The position numbers and the translations under genes are program-made. The notes below the pieces were generated by a model. The model was not told the DNA's origin, did no database searches, and worked only from the letters and a program-made list of their open reading frames with translations. Below, one piece after another: positions 28,078 to 37,916 of a stretch of 56,903 nt of DNA; positions within the stretch are counted from its first letter, which is position 1, and every line of letters starts with the position of its first letter. Origin of the DNA: Candidatus Poseidoniales archaeon (GTDB lineage Archaea; Thermoplasmatota; Poseidoniia; Poseidoniales; Thalassarchaeaceae); contig DUDF01000172.1 in NCBI GenBank assembly GCA_012959435.1, forward strand, positions 1 to 56,903, written 5' to 3'.

Positions 28078-29883
28078 TTGGAGAACGAAAAATTTGGCCC
28101 TTTGAAAATGGCTGGCGTTGAAGGCCAAGTCACTGCCGTTCTGACCAATGAAAATCTTCTATTGGAGCGTAGCGACCGTAAAGGTATGAGAATTGATTTG
28201 GATACAATAACTCGTATTCGCCACCATCATGTTGCCTTCACTCCACCACTAGTGACATTGTTTGGTGTACTCGCCATCCTCTCTAGTTTCAGAGTTTGGA
28301 CTGGGGCAGTACAATATTACGCTTTTATTCTAGGTGTCATCGCATTACTCGCATGGTTGTTAGGAAGAAGACCTGCTCTTTGTATTGATACAAGACAAGG
28401 TGACCGCCACCTATTACATGGGCGCGACCACTTGTTACATCGCCTATACACTATTCTTGATCGCATGTCAGATGGTTACACTCTAGAAGATGCAGTAATA
28501 GGAATGGAAGAATTACAACAACCCGAGTTAGCTCTCATCGGTGATATTGAGGATATTCGTCATGAAGCCGGTTCAGTTGCTATTGCTGAGGCTGAATTGC
28601 AGATGGTTGGTGTTGATGAATCTCTTGAGCAAGCCCTTGCAAAATTACATAAGAACAAAAGTCCAAACACAATTCCCTCTGAGATGGTGAGTAGAGTCTC
28701 CAACTCCCCTCAGCCAACTGATAGTTCTGCATATGAGAAAGTTTGGGGAAGGGGAGAACCTGATTGGTACTCGGAAAAAGAAAAAGAATCGAATCAAACC
28801 AGTATGATGGAACGTTCCACAAAGGCATTGGCGGAGCAGAGAGTACATAGAAAAGCCGCGGCCTTAAGTTATGACACCCCATTCCAATTACCTGATTATT
28901 CAAACCAACCAAGTTCATCTAGTGTGACCACATTACCAGCAGATGGCATTACACCAAGTCCACCATTGAATAGAGCACATGCTGCTGCCCTTGAGGCAAG
29001 TGAGGCTAACTTTGATTCAGGTGGACTATTCGATATGTTTGATGAATTGGATAGTGCTAGTGAATATTCAGCAATCGTACCCCCTCAAAATGAAATACCC
29101 CCACCAACCTCCCAATTACCCGCAGTAACTCAACCTAGTTGGAAAACATCTACTGACTCAAATGTTTCATCCTATACAATGTTGAGTGATGCTGCTGGCC
29201 CTAATTTGCCAGAACCAACCCGTGTTGCATTACGTTCCAACCTCCCAACAAGTCCGGGTCTTGTCGCATCTGCAGCGACTAGAATCACACATGAACAACC
29301 ACCATTGCCAGAACAACTCCAAAGGTCATTCAATCAACTTAACAAGCCTCATCCATTAGAATCATACCCCGCTCTTAATCGGATGCAGAAACAATATGCA
29401 CGTGATTCTCGAATAAGGGTAAATCGTTCTTACAATCGTAACCGTGGCGCACTCAAAGCAATTGGGGAATGGGTCAAACCTGGACTAAAGAGAATTGAAA
29501 GTAGTAGAAAGAACATCACTCGGAAAATAATTGGTGCGGGTGACGGTTACAGAGAGGTTTACGGCGATGATGATGGAAACCAAAATGATGATTACAAAGA
29601 TACCCCACTTAATTCCACCCAAATTCTACGCTTGCGAGCGGACCAAGATTCACAGTCTGATGTTCAAGCACGCTTGCGCTTGTTAACTACAAATGGAGGC
29701 GGTGCAATCGCTGATGACCTAGCAAACCGCACATTACGCGGAATCTCAAGCAGTAGTAAAAGCGAGGGATTCACCCTTTCAGGAATGGAATCTAAGAAAT
29801 TAAACACCCCTGAAAATTTCAATGGTATGGTTGCTAGCAACGAGCCAGCACCAAGGTTTGCTGGTATGCAACGCCTTGGATGA
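28078..29883 (+). CDS. Hypothetical membrane protein with two N-terminal TM helices and a long low-complexity C-terminus
   Basis: 601-aa ORF, TTG start after AGGTGA. Two hydrophobic helices sit within a beta-rich N-terminal region; the rest is Pro/Ser-rich. Confidence 0.72.
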   Translation: MENEKFGPLKMAGVEGQVTAVLTNENLLLERSDRKGMRIDLDTITRIRHHHVAFTPPLVTLFGVLAILSSFRVWTGAVQYYAFILGVIALLAWLLGRRPALCIDTRQGDRHLLHGRDHLLHRLYTILDRMSDGYTLEDAVIGMEELQQPELALIGDIEDIRHEAGSVAIAEAELQMVGVDESLEQALAKLHKNKSPNTIPSEMVSRVSNSPQPTDSSAYEKVWGRGEPDWYSEKEKESNQTSMMERSTKALAEQRVHRKAAALSYDTPFQLPDYSNQPSSSSVTTLPADGITPSPPLNRAHAAALEASEANFDSGGLFDMFDELDSASEYSAIVPPQNEIPPPTSQLPAVTQPSWKTSTDSNVSSYTMLSDAAGPNLPEPTRVALRSNLPTSPGLVASAATRITHEQPPLPEQLQRSFNQLNKPHPLESYPALNRMQKQYARDSRIRVNRSYNRNRGALKAIGEWVKPGLKRIESSRKNITRKIIGAGDGYREVYGDDDGNQNDDYKDTPLNSTQILRLRADQDSQSDVQARLRLLTTNGGGAIADDLANRTLRGISSSSKSEGFTLSGMESKKLNTPENFNGMVASNEPAPRFAGMQRLG

Positions 29884-29902
29884 TTGGAAACCCACTGTAA
29901 AA

Positions 29903-31237
29903 TCACAGTAAGTTTGGATGCTCTTCGATATACTGGATAGTAATATCCTGAGCCAAATAATCAGGCTCATTCAAAATTGCCTTATGCAAAGGAATAACTG
30001 TCTCAACCCCTACCAATACAGTTTCATCTAGAGCTGTTTTCATCCCAGCAATCGCATCTTCTCTAGTGGGGCCCCAAACAACCATCTTGGCTAGTAGGGA
30101 GTCAAAACATCCTGGCATCTCGTAACCAACATGTGCATGCGTGTCAACTCTTACTCCGAAACCTGCAGGGAAGTGACAATCCCAAAGTCGCCCTGGAGAT
30201 GGTACAAAGTTCACCGGGTCTTCAGCATTAATCCGGCATTGGATGGCGTGCCCTGAAATTTCAATTTCATCTTGGGTAAAGGGTAATGATTCACCAGCAG
30301 CAATACGGATTCCAAGACTCACTAAGTCATGGCCAGTAATCATCTCCGTTATTGTGTGCTCCACTTGTACTCTCGGGTTCACTTCCAAAAAATAAAACTC
30401 TCCACTTGAATCGCGTAAGAATTCAAAGGTTGCCAATCCCTTGTAACCGACTGCTTCTGCACCGGCACAAACCCTCGCCCCTATTTCCTCACGCTCTTCT
30501 AGACTAAGCCATGGGCCTTCTTCCAGTAGTTTCTGGTGTCGGCGTTGTATGGAACAAAAACGCTCGCCGAAATGAATAGCATTTTTTCCATCAGCAAGAA
30601 CTTGGAATTCTATGTGTTGTGCTCCTTCAATGTATTTCTCAATAAATACACGCTCGTCTCCAAAAGCTGAACGTGCTCGTGATTGACAGAGTTTGAGAGC
30701 AGAATTAAACTCGCCCTCTTGATGAACAATTTGCATCCCAATCCCGCCACCACCAGCAGCAGCCTTGATAATAACTGGATAACCGATTTCAGTAGCAATT
30801 GTTGCCGCTTCTGAGGCACTTTCTACAGGCTTGCTACTGCCTTTAGCAACAGGGAGGCCAGCTGCCTCCATAGCCCTTCGAGCCTCTATCTTGTCACCAA
30901 GCAATGAAATTACATCTGATGAAGGGCCAATAAAAGCAATTCCTTCTTCTTCACAACGGCGAACAAATTCAGCATTCTCAGCCAAGAACCCGTAGCCGGG
31001 ATGAATTGCTTGAGCACCAACCTCCTTCGCTGCCTCTATCACCTTTTCATAATCAAGGTAAGCATCTAGTGGATTGGAAGAATAATTTGGTATTGCAATA
31101 TCTGAAAATCGCACCGGCAAAGAAAGGCGATCTTCGCGACCATGAATGATTGCAACTTCACAACCCAAAGTACGTAGTGCTCTAGAAATTCTGAGAGCGA
31201 TTTCACCGCGGTTAGCAATGAGCACCCTCTCAAACAT
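29903..31237 (-). CDS. accC: Biotin carboxylase subunit of an acyl-CoA carboxylase
   Basis: VLIANRGEIA, HPGYGFLAEN, KAAAGGGGIGM, CSIQRRHQK, FLEVNPRVQVEH, RINAEDP, DSLLAK. Confidence 0.93.
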   Translation of the reverse strand: MFERVLIANRGEIALRISRALRTLGCEVAIIHGREDRLSLPVRFSDIAIPNYSSNPLDAYLDYEKVIEAAKEVGAQAIHPGYGFLAENAEFVRRCEEEGIAFIGPSSDVISLLGDKIEARRAMEAAGLPVAKGSSKPVESASEAATIATEIGYPVIIKAAAGGGGIGMQIVHQEGEFNSALKLCQSRARSAFGDERVFIEKYIEGAQHIEFQVLADGKNAIHFGERFCSIQRRHQKLLEEGPWLSLEEREEIGARVCAGAEAVGYKGLATFEFLRDSSGEFYFLEVNPRVQVEHTITEMITGHDLVSLGIRIAAGESLPFTQDEIEISGHAIQCRINAEDPVNFVPSPGRLWDCHFPAGFGVRVDTHAHVGYEMPGCFDSLLAKMVVWGPTREDAIAGMKTALDETVLVGVETVIPLHKAILNEPDYLAQDITIQYIEEHPNLL

Positions 31238-31289
31238 GGAATGCCACGAGAGGACCCGGTTCAATAGAATGACTATCCCTGATATCTAA

Positions 31290-32573
31290 TTAGTAGACAT
31301 CTCTGAGGTAGCGCTTCTCTTGCTTCATCATCCGCTGTTCAACGAATTCCTTGGCATCGTCTGCACTCATTCCACCATGCTCCTCACAAATATTGATGAG
31401 AGTTTTGTGAACGTCCTTCGCCATACGGTTTTTGTCACCACAAACGTAGAAGTATGCTCCACCGTCAATCCATGACCACATCTCTTCACCATTTTCGGCC
31501 ATCAAATTCTGTACGTAGGTTTTGGGAATTTCTGTCATCCGTGACCATGCAAGGTCAAGGTGAGTCAAGTGTCCACTGTCTGACCAATCACTCAACTCCT
31601 CACGATAGAGGTATTCATGAGTTGAAGTTCGGTCACCAAAAAATAACCAATTTCGGCCTTTAGCTTTGTCAAATTTTCTTTGTTCGAGGAAGGCTCGAAA
31701 TGGTGCGATACCAGTACCAGGTCCAACCATGATAATGTCTGTATCACCGTTTTCGGGTAGCACGAAACTACGAGTTGGCGACATAAACATTGGAATTGTA
31801 TCCTCATTGAGAGGGGCTGAGTCTGCCATGTAAACTGTACACAATCCACCACGATCCCGACCATGGTGGTTGTATCTTACAATCGCAACTGTCAACTCAA
31901 CTTGACTAGGGTGTGCGTCAAGAGATGAAGCGATTGAGTATAGACGTGGTTTTAGCCGGTCTAAATTTGAAACAAACTCTTGTGGTGTAAAAGAGAGGTT
32001 GGGCATATCCGATAACAAATCTATGTAGTCACGACTCCATAGATAATCTTCCATTGCATCTGGATTATTTACTAGTGATTCCCATAACATGAGAGATGGG
32101 TCTCCCATTGCACCAACAGGTGTGAATCCATCTGGGTAATCTTGTTCTTCACCTGACCAACCCCATTGAACACTGTTTGAATCACCATTTGTGGAAACTC
32201 TACTTCGTCCAACTAATCTAACTGATATTTTGGGACTTGTTGATGAAAACTTCATCTCAAGGCCTTGGATGAACTTCTTGCATAATCGGTGAACTTCGTA
32301 GTGGTTTGCTAATGCTTCACCCACATTTGTCTCACCAAGGTGCGTCTTAACCACTTCCTCACCAGTGAAATTGAGAAGTCCGAGTAAATCTGAAACTAAT
32401 TCTGCAGGATTTTCTGGTATGATTCCAAGTGCATCTCCGACTTTATATTCCAAGCCGGAATCACCGAGGTCGAAAACAACGTGGCGAGTTTCTTTTGTTG
32501 AGTCGGGGTGAGTGATTATCCTCTTCTCAACCATTTTTCCAAGGTAGGGATTTTTGCTGCTGTATTCACTCAT
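31290..32573 (-). CDS. CysJ/diflavin-reductase-like FAD/NADPH oxidoreductase lacking the flavodoxin domain
   Basis: RLYSIASS, GLCTVY, MVGPGTGIAPFRAF, WLFFG, YVCGD, C-terminal RYLRDVY; no FMN domain upstream. Confidence 0.88.
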   Translation of the reverse strand: MSEYSSKNPYLGKMVEKRIITHPDSTKETRHVVFDLGDSGLEYKVGDALGIIPENPAELVSDLLGLLNFTGEEVVKTHLGETNVGEALANHYEVHRLCKKFIQGLEMKFSSTSPKISVRLVGRSRVSTNGDSNSVQWGWSGEEQDYPDGFTPVGAMGDPSLMLWESLVNNPDAMEDYLWSRDYIDLLSDMPNLSFTPQEFVSNLDRLKPRLYSIASSLDAHPSQVELTVAIVRYNHHGRDRGGLCTVYMADSAPLNEDTIPMFMSPTRSFVLPENGDTDIIMVGPGTGIAPFRAFLEQRKFDKAKGRNWLFFGDRTSTHEYLYREELSDWSDSGHLTHLDLAWSRMTEIPKTYVQNLMAENGEEMWSWIDGGAYFYVCGDKNRMAKDVHKTLINICEEHGGMSADDAKEFVEQRMMKQEKRYLRDVY

Positions 32574-32728
32574 TGCGCCATCTCCTAATGTCACTCCGCC
32601 TACGGCGGGATGACTATCCGTCAAGACTACTGTTTATCAAGCGAATGGAAAGGCGTGTTGTTTTGAGTCAAATGAATTACGACGCGCAACTAAAGCACTC
32701 ATGCACTCTCCGACTGTTTGAGCGTAGC

Positions 32729-33505
32729 ATGGTTGAAGTCAAATTTCTAGGCAGTGGAAATGCCTTTTGTCCAGATGGGCGCATGCACTCACTTGTCTTG
32801 CTTGATGGGAAAATTCTCATTGATACACCACCAACTATCCTACCTCAATTAGGACAAGCTGGACTCAGCCCTGCTGATATCAACACAATACTGTTCACCC
32901 ACTGGCATGGTGACCACATTTTCGGGTTTCCATTTTTCATACTTGAGCGCAAGTACATATCTGACCGTGAAGGCCACAACACCCTAGATGTCCACCTGCA
33001 TGAAGGTGGGGGCAAGAAATTGAAAGAACTCTCTGAAATTGCATTCCCTGGTTCTTTGACTGATGTACTCGAAAATCGTGTGAGGTTTCACCACTCCAAA
33101 AATGGACCAGTTACAGGTACATCAGATTGGGTGTTTGAAAGGTTCCCAGTAAACCATGAACCCGCCACAGAACCACACGGTTACCAATTGCACCACACTT
33201 CGGGATTGACAATAATCCATTGTGGAGATTCTGGACCTTGTGAAGAAATTGAACAGAGAGTAGGGGGTGCTGACATAGTCATTATTGAAGTCGGTGTTCC
33301 GGATGGGGTTCCGACTGATTTTCATTTCAAGCCATCGAGTTTATCTGATTTAGCACAGAAAAACCCCTCGACAATATTTCTAGCAACTCATCTTTATACA
33401 ACAAAAGATGAAACAATATCTGATTTACCAGATAATGTTATTCAAGTACAAGATGGGGACGTGTTTAATTGCGGAACTGGTGGAATTATCACAAATTCCA
33501 ATTGA
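32729..33505 (+). CDS. Metallo-beta-lactamase-fold hydrolase, RNase Z/ElaC-like
   Basis: FLGSGNAF, THWHGDHIFG (HxHxDH), HCGDSGP, ATHL. Confidence 0.88.
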   Translation: MVEVKFLGSGNAFCPDGRMHSLVLLDGKILIDTPPTILPQLGQAGLSPADINTILFTHWHGDHIFGFPFFILERKYISDREGHNTLDVHLHEGGGKKLKELSEIAFPGSLTDVLENRVRFHHSKNGPVTGTSDWVFERFPVNHEPATEPHGYQLHHTSGLTIIHCGDSGPCEEIEQRVGGADIVIIEVGVPDGVPTDFHFKPSSLSDLAQKNPSTIFLATHLYTTKDETISDLPDNVIQVQDGDVFNCGTGGIITNSN

Positions 33506-33984
33506 ATTGTTTTTCCTCGATGATACAATAATAATAATTTTAATATCACCGCATTGTAGGAATAATAATTTGGAGCCGTTTTTGTTCGGATGCAATAATT
33601 TACAAGGGGTCGATTTTGAATTATGCACTTTTGCAATCTAAAAATGTTACAAAATATCGCTTGAAAAATTCACTTCTTTTGATTCTTCATTCTGAACCAT
33701 TCTCTTTACCTATTCTGAGAGGGCGCGACTGCCAAGGTCTGGCGTCATAATTGTAAAAACACGATACAGAGGCTTTGAAATCGTTATTTTTTCACTCATT
33801 CCAATTGGGACTTAATATACTATAATTATATTCCACTAGGGCGAAAAAATAAGGGCACGTTTGAGATTTAGCAAGTATCCTTATTAGACCGACACACCTC
33901 CTGCAGAATCTCCGTAACAGTTGAGACCACCACTCACAAAACAAAGTCGGAGAAATTGAAGGGAAATGGAGTCGGTGTTATAAA
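33506..33984. other. Candidate replication origin (AT-rich intergenic region upstream of cdc6/orc1)
   Basis: ~480-nt non-coding, AT-rich stretch with repeated AATAATTT and two weak mini-ORB-like TTCCAnTnG sites (33799-33810, 33831-33855), directly before cdc6. Confidence 0.45.
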
Positions 33985-35223
33985 ATGGGCGAAAATATTT
34001 TCAACCACTTACTCGGTGATGATAGCCTATTTAAGAACCGCGATGTACTTCACCATGGCTTCACACCTGATAACCTACCACATAGGGAAAATGAGATTAA
34101 AACTTTGGTTCATAATTTAGTTGAAGCACTTCATGGGCAGATGCCTTCCAATATGATACTGTACGGACAACCAGGTTTAGGGAAAACTGCTGTCACTCGT
34201 TATGTCTGTAAACAATTATTAGATCGTGGAAAAGAAATCGGGCGTACAATTAGCGCAGTTGAAGTCAACTGTTGCTCAATTGATACCAAGTATCGTGTAC
34301 TCGCTAAGTTGGCAAATGACCTAGCACCTGATAATGAAAGCCTCGTACCCTTCACCGGATGGCCCACCGATAAAGTTCTTCAACAGCTTCAACAAAATAT
34401 GGAATCACAAGGTGGCGTCCACATCTTTGTATTAGACGAAATTGACCATTTAGTAAAACGGCATGGTGACGACATTCTCTACCCACTTACTAGCCTAAAC
34501 TACGAATTGAGAAATTCTAAGTGTTGTGTAATAGGAATTACAAACGACCTACAATTCACTGAGATGCTTGATGCAAGAATTGCCTCACGACTTGGCTCAG
34601 AAGACTTGGCATTTTCACCGTATAACGCTAGTCAAATTGGAGATATCCTATCCCAACGCGCGCTCGTGGGCGTACGCGAGGGTGTACTTGAGAACGGAGT
34701 CATCAAACTCTGCTCTGCCTTAGCGGCACAAGAACATGGAGATGCGCGGCGCGCATTGGATTTACTGAGAGTTGCCATTCACAAAGCTGATGTCATGGGA
34801 GACAAACTCGTTTCTACAGAACATGTTCGTTTAGCCCAAAATCAATTACAATTTGACCAAATGACTCCAGTAATTTCTAGTCTACCGTTCCATCAAAAGC
34901 TGGTTCTTTACAGCATCCTACTCAATGAGAGTAATGGTTTGACAAATATTTCAACAGGAGAGGTGTTCTCAGTTTACCAAATGACTTGTAATAACGCATC
35001 GGTCACACCACTAGTTTCACGCTCTATTGGAAATGTGATTAAAAATCTCGATAGCCTTGGATTAGTTACGGCCAAAACAACCAGCCTAGGACGTTATGGC
35101 AGAAGTAATAGAATTAATTCTTGCATACCTCAAAACATCAATGCCATAACCATCATGACTGAGGCTGATGAAGCGATGAAACCGGTGGTAAACAGCACAT
35201 ATCGCCTACAAGCAAGGCTTTGA
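33985..35223 (+). CDS. cdc6: Cdc6/Orc1 replication initiator
   Basis: LPHRENEI, Walker A GQPGLGKT, Walker B LDEID, GDARRALDLL, C-terminal wHTH ending SLGRYGRS. Confidence 0.96.
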   Translation: MGENIFNHLLGDDSLFKNRDVLHHGFTPDNLPHRENEIKTLVHNLVEALHGQMPSNMILYGQPGLGKTAVTRYVCKQLLDRGKEIGRTISAVEVNCCSIDTKYRVLAKLANDLAPDNESLVPFTGWPTDKVLQQLQQNMESQGGVHIFVLDEIDHLVKRHGDDILYPLTSLNYELRNSKCCVIGITNDLQFTEMLDARIASRLGSEDLAFSPYNASQIGDILSQRALVGVREGVLENGVIKLCSALAAQEHGDARRALDLLRVAIHKADVMGDKLVSTEHVRLAQNQLQFDQMTPVISSLPFHQKLVLYSILLNESNGLTNISTGEVFSVYQMTCNNASVTPLVSRSIGNVIKNLDSLGLVTAKTTSLGRYGRSNRINSCIPQNINAITIMTEADEAMKPVVNSTYRLQARL

Positions 35224-35288
35224 GTACCAAAACCTCGCCAATTCTTCGCTAAGAATTGTTAAGAGAGGGTCGCCGGTCGGCCGCCTTG

Positions 35289-35879
35289 ATGAGCGACGAT
35301 AGTGGAGACAGCGGGAACGAGTCTGTCAGCATGATTGTAGATTGGGTTAAGTCACCAGGCAAGGCGTTTTCATCTCTAGTCTTTGGACTTGGAGTATGGG
35401 GACTAATACTTGGTATCATCAATGTGGTGTTTGGAGCAGTTGTTTCTGGTGAGCGAAAGATCGTTTGGGCTGGATACCTTACAATGGGTTACCTCTGGGA
35501 TGAACCTTACTCCGAGATGATTTATCGACCGTGGTCTGACACCGTATTCTTGGCAATGGCAATTACCGGTATTGCATGGGGAGCCTGGGGGCTTCACCAA
35601 AAAGTAGAGGGCGGATTCCAAGCTTGGATCAAAGGAATTTTCTTTCACCCAATTTGGACTAGCCTAGTTTCTGGGCGTGAAGAAGGTGGAATGACAATGA
35701 CCGCCGCTGCTTGGTGCTTACTACTAGGATTCGGATTCTACACCTATTGGTCAATCGTCCATTGGGCGTGGACTGATGTCGGTGTTTACGCAGTAACAGC
35801 CCCACTCCTTGCATTCGGATTTGGATTGCGCTTCTTGGCATTGATTGATGATAGTGACAGTTTACTATCAGAATCTTGA
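35289..35879 (+). CDS. Hypothetical integral membrane protein (about 4 TM)
   Basis: Four hydrophobic Trp/Gly-rich helices. Confidence 0.75.
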   Translation: MSDDSGDSGNESVSMIVDWVKSPGKAFSSLVFGLGVWGLILGIINVVFGAVVSGERKIVWAGYLTMGYLWDEPYSEMIYRPWSDTVFLAMAITGIAWGAWGLHQKVEGGFQAWIKGIFFHPIWTSLVSGREEGGMTMTAAAWCLLLGFGFYTYWSIVHWAWTDVGVYAVTAPLLAFGFGLRFLALIDDSDSLLSES

Positions 35880-35907
35880 ACGGTTAACACCTTTCTTCCA
35901 ACTGCAA

Positions 35908-36843
35908 TTAATGCCCATTCCTACTGAGTATTGCGTCTAAACATCCTTCAAATGTCCCCAACCAAAGGGCTACGCTCCATAACAGATAGTTACGGAAAAT
36001 AATAGCAGATACTAGAATTACTGCTGTTGCGATTACAGGGTCAAGAAAATTTGCGACCGAAACTGATAATGCAGCATATGGAATTAATAGGAATGCAATA
36101 AGCATTCCATCCTTAGAAAAATCGTGTTTCACTCCACGGTATTTTCTCATTATTCGTGTGTGTGCGCGGGCATCTCTACGACGCTTTTGAAGAAATATTT
36201 TGAGACGGCTCTCCGCTACATGGTCCACGACTGCTTCCGGCTCATATCGAATACTCCCTCCAGATTGTATTATTTTCATTGAGACCTCCATGTCCTCTGC
36301 ATGATACCAAGATGGGTCAAAGCCGCCTCGTGAAATGAGACGCTCTCTCCTGAACATTGAACATGGGCCATTAGCCAAAGTAGTTTTATCTGAACGTGAT
36401 GAGTATTTCCAAGCAATGGTACGAGACCGCAATCTGCTGACCGAAGTTCTACCTTCGTCAAAGATAACTCTGCCCGTTACAGCATCCACCCCGTCACTTG
36501 AGGTAAACATCCTCTCAAGCCAATCTGGTCTTGGGCGACAATCAATGTCAGTTATCGCTACCCACTCTCCCTTTGCAATGTTTAGTGCCTTGTTCCTACC
36601 TGCAGACAGACCCAGCGGTTCTTGTGAAAGAATTTGAATAGGAATCCCGTCAGAAGAATCATCTTCTGAGATTTGCCATTTTTGAAGTAGCTCATTGCTT
36701 CCATCTGTTGAGCCGTCATCAACAGCGATGATTTCCAGCGGCCGGTATGTTTGAGCGCATAATGCAGTCATGCAATCGTCAACCCAGTGTGCTCCGTTAC
36801 GAACACAAACTGTGATGCTAATTAGTGGAGAAGTCACTCTCAC
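35908..36843 (-). CDS. Glycosyltransferase family 2
   Basis: IIAVDDGSTDGS, GRNKAL, DID (DxD), GGFD...AEDME and C-terminal TM helices. Confidence 0.92.
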   Translation of the reverse strand: MRVTSPLISITVCVRNGAHWVDDCMTALCAQTYRPLEIIAVDDGSTDGSNELLQKWQISEDDSSDGIPIQILSQEPLGLSAGRNKALNIAKGEWVAITDIDCRPRPDWLERMFTSSDGVDAVTGRVIFDEGRTSVSRLRSRTIAWKYSSRSDKTTLANGPCSMFRRERLISRGGFDPSWYHAEDMEVSMKIIQSGGSIRYEPEAVVDHVAESRLKIFLQKRRRDARAHTRIMRKYRGVKHDFSKDGMLIAFLLIPYAALSVSVANFLDPVIATAVILVSAIIFRNYLLWSVALWLGTFEGCLDAILSRNGH

Positions 36844-37856
36844 AGCTCCTTAGTGAATACATCAAGAAGTCTACGGCAATTTTCTTTGGTCTCTTGGCTA
36901 GTAATCCTGACGACAACCCCTTTTCCTGGTTGACCATATATTACAGCACAACCTATTGGAGCGAGTAAGTGAACAATGATGGGCGCTAAGTCCTCTTCAC
37001 CATTTACCACAATAAGAGTTGGGCGGCTATTCAAGAGTGCTACCTTTGTAGTTAATTTCAAGTCTGCAGTGATGAGCCCTGGGGGATTTGAACAAGTTGA
37101 TAGATGTGCAAATAATTCTCTGTCAAGGTTTTCTGCTTCAGCCCAAATCTCACGCTTTGTCATTCCGTCGATGAACGATATGTCTGGAATCTCTCCCATG
37201 TCAACTAATGTTTGTACAGTAACATCTCCGACAGCAATCAATTTTGGTGATGACTCTGAAATTGAGGCAATGGCTCTTCGCATCGCTACTTCAGGCCTTG
37301 ACTCGGGTCCTTCATGAAGGGTTCCAAATGGTTGTTTTAATTCGTCGTCTAAGATTTCTGGCATTCGCTGGTCAAGGTACATCTCAGCCTCTCCGAGCCA
37401 AGGCTGACCTTGACGGTCAATTTCACCATCTCGTATTCTGCTTGAAGAAATGATTTCACCAGCCGGCCCCACAATATGTTCTACCACAATAATACTCAAA
37501 GGAGGCAAGTCTCCACGTTTTCTTGAACTATTGATCTCTTCACATGCAGGTTTGGTTTCAGGGGTGCATCCTATCGAATCGGCCTCTAAACTAGTTGAGG
37601 CGGGGCCTACTTCATTCTCTAATAAATGAATAGATACCCGATCATTACCATCTTCAGAAACCACCCAATCCAAAATGTCTTTTTTACGGGTGTCCCAATC
37701 TAAAACAATCGAGGTTTTTAATTGGGCCATATTATCGCTTGTCAGCCATATCTGAACCTTGTCAGATTGTTCCAAACAAGTAGTGATAAGATGATGATGG
37801 CCAGCATGAAGGCGGTCAAATGTGCCACCTAGTAAACACAGTGAGTGCCTTCCCAT
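36840..37856 (-). CDS. Fused phosphopantetheine adenylyltransferase / GTP-dependent dephospho-CoA kinase (DUF359)
   Basis: N-terminal GGTFDRLHAGH and ISSSRIR (cytidylyltransferase-like PPAT); C-terminal AVGDVT, DGMTKR, NPPG, GEEDL, YGQPGKG (archaeal DPCK). Confidence 0.9.
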   Translation of the reverse strand: MGRHSLCLLGGTFDRLHAGHHHLITTCLEQSDKVQIWLTSDNMAQLKTSIVLDWDTRKKDILDWVVSEDGNDRVSIHLLENEVGPASTSLEADSIGCTPETKPACEEINSSRKRGDLPPLSIIVVEHIVGPAGEIISSSRIRDGEIDRQGQPWLGEAEMYLDQRMPEILDDELKQPFGTLHEGPESRPEVAMRRAIASISESSPKLIAVGDVTVQTLVDMGEIPDISFIDGMTKREIWAEAENLDRELFAHLSTCSNPPGLITADLKLTTKVALLNSRPTLIVVNGEEDLAPIIVHLLAPIGCAVIYGQPGKGVVVRITSQETKENCRRLLDVFTKEL

Positions 37857-37916
37857 TAAAACATCTGAGAGGTTGAACCCCAATCAAACCTACGGATAAA
37901 AAGAAGATGAAAAATG

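Noticed and set aside
33408-33641. Three short ORFs over the end of the MBL gene and the AT-rich region
   Set aside because: Low-complexity AT-rich translations with no motifs, overlapping a real gene and the candidate origin.
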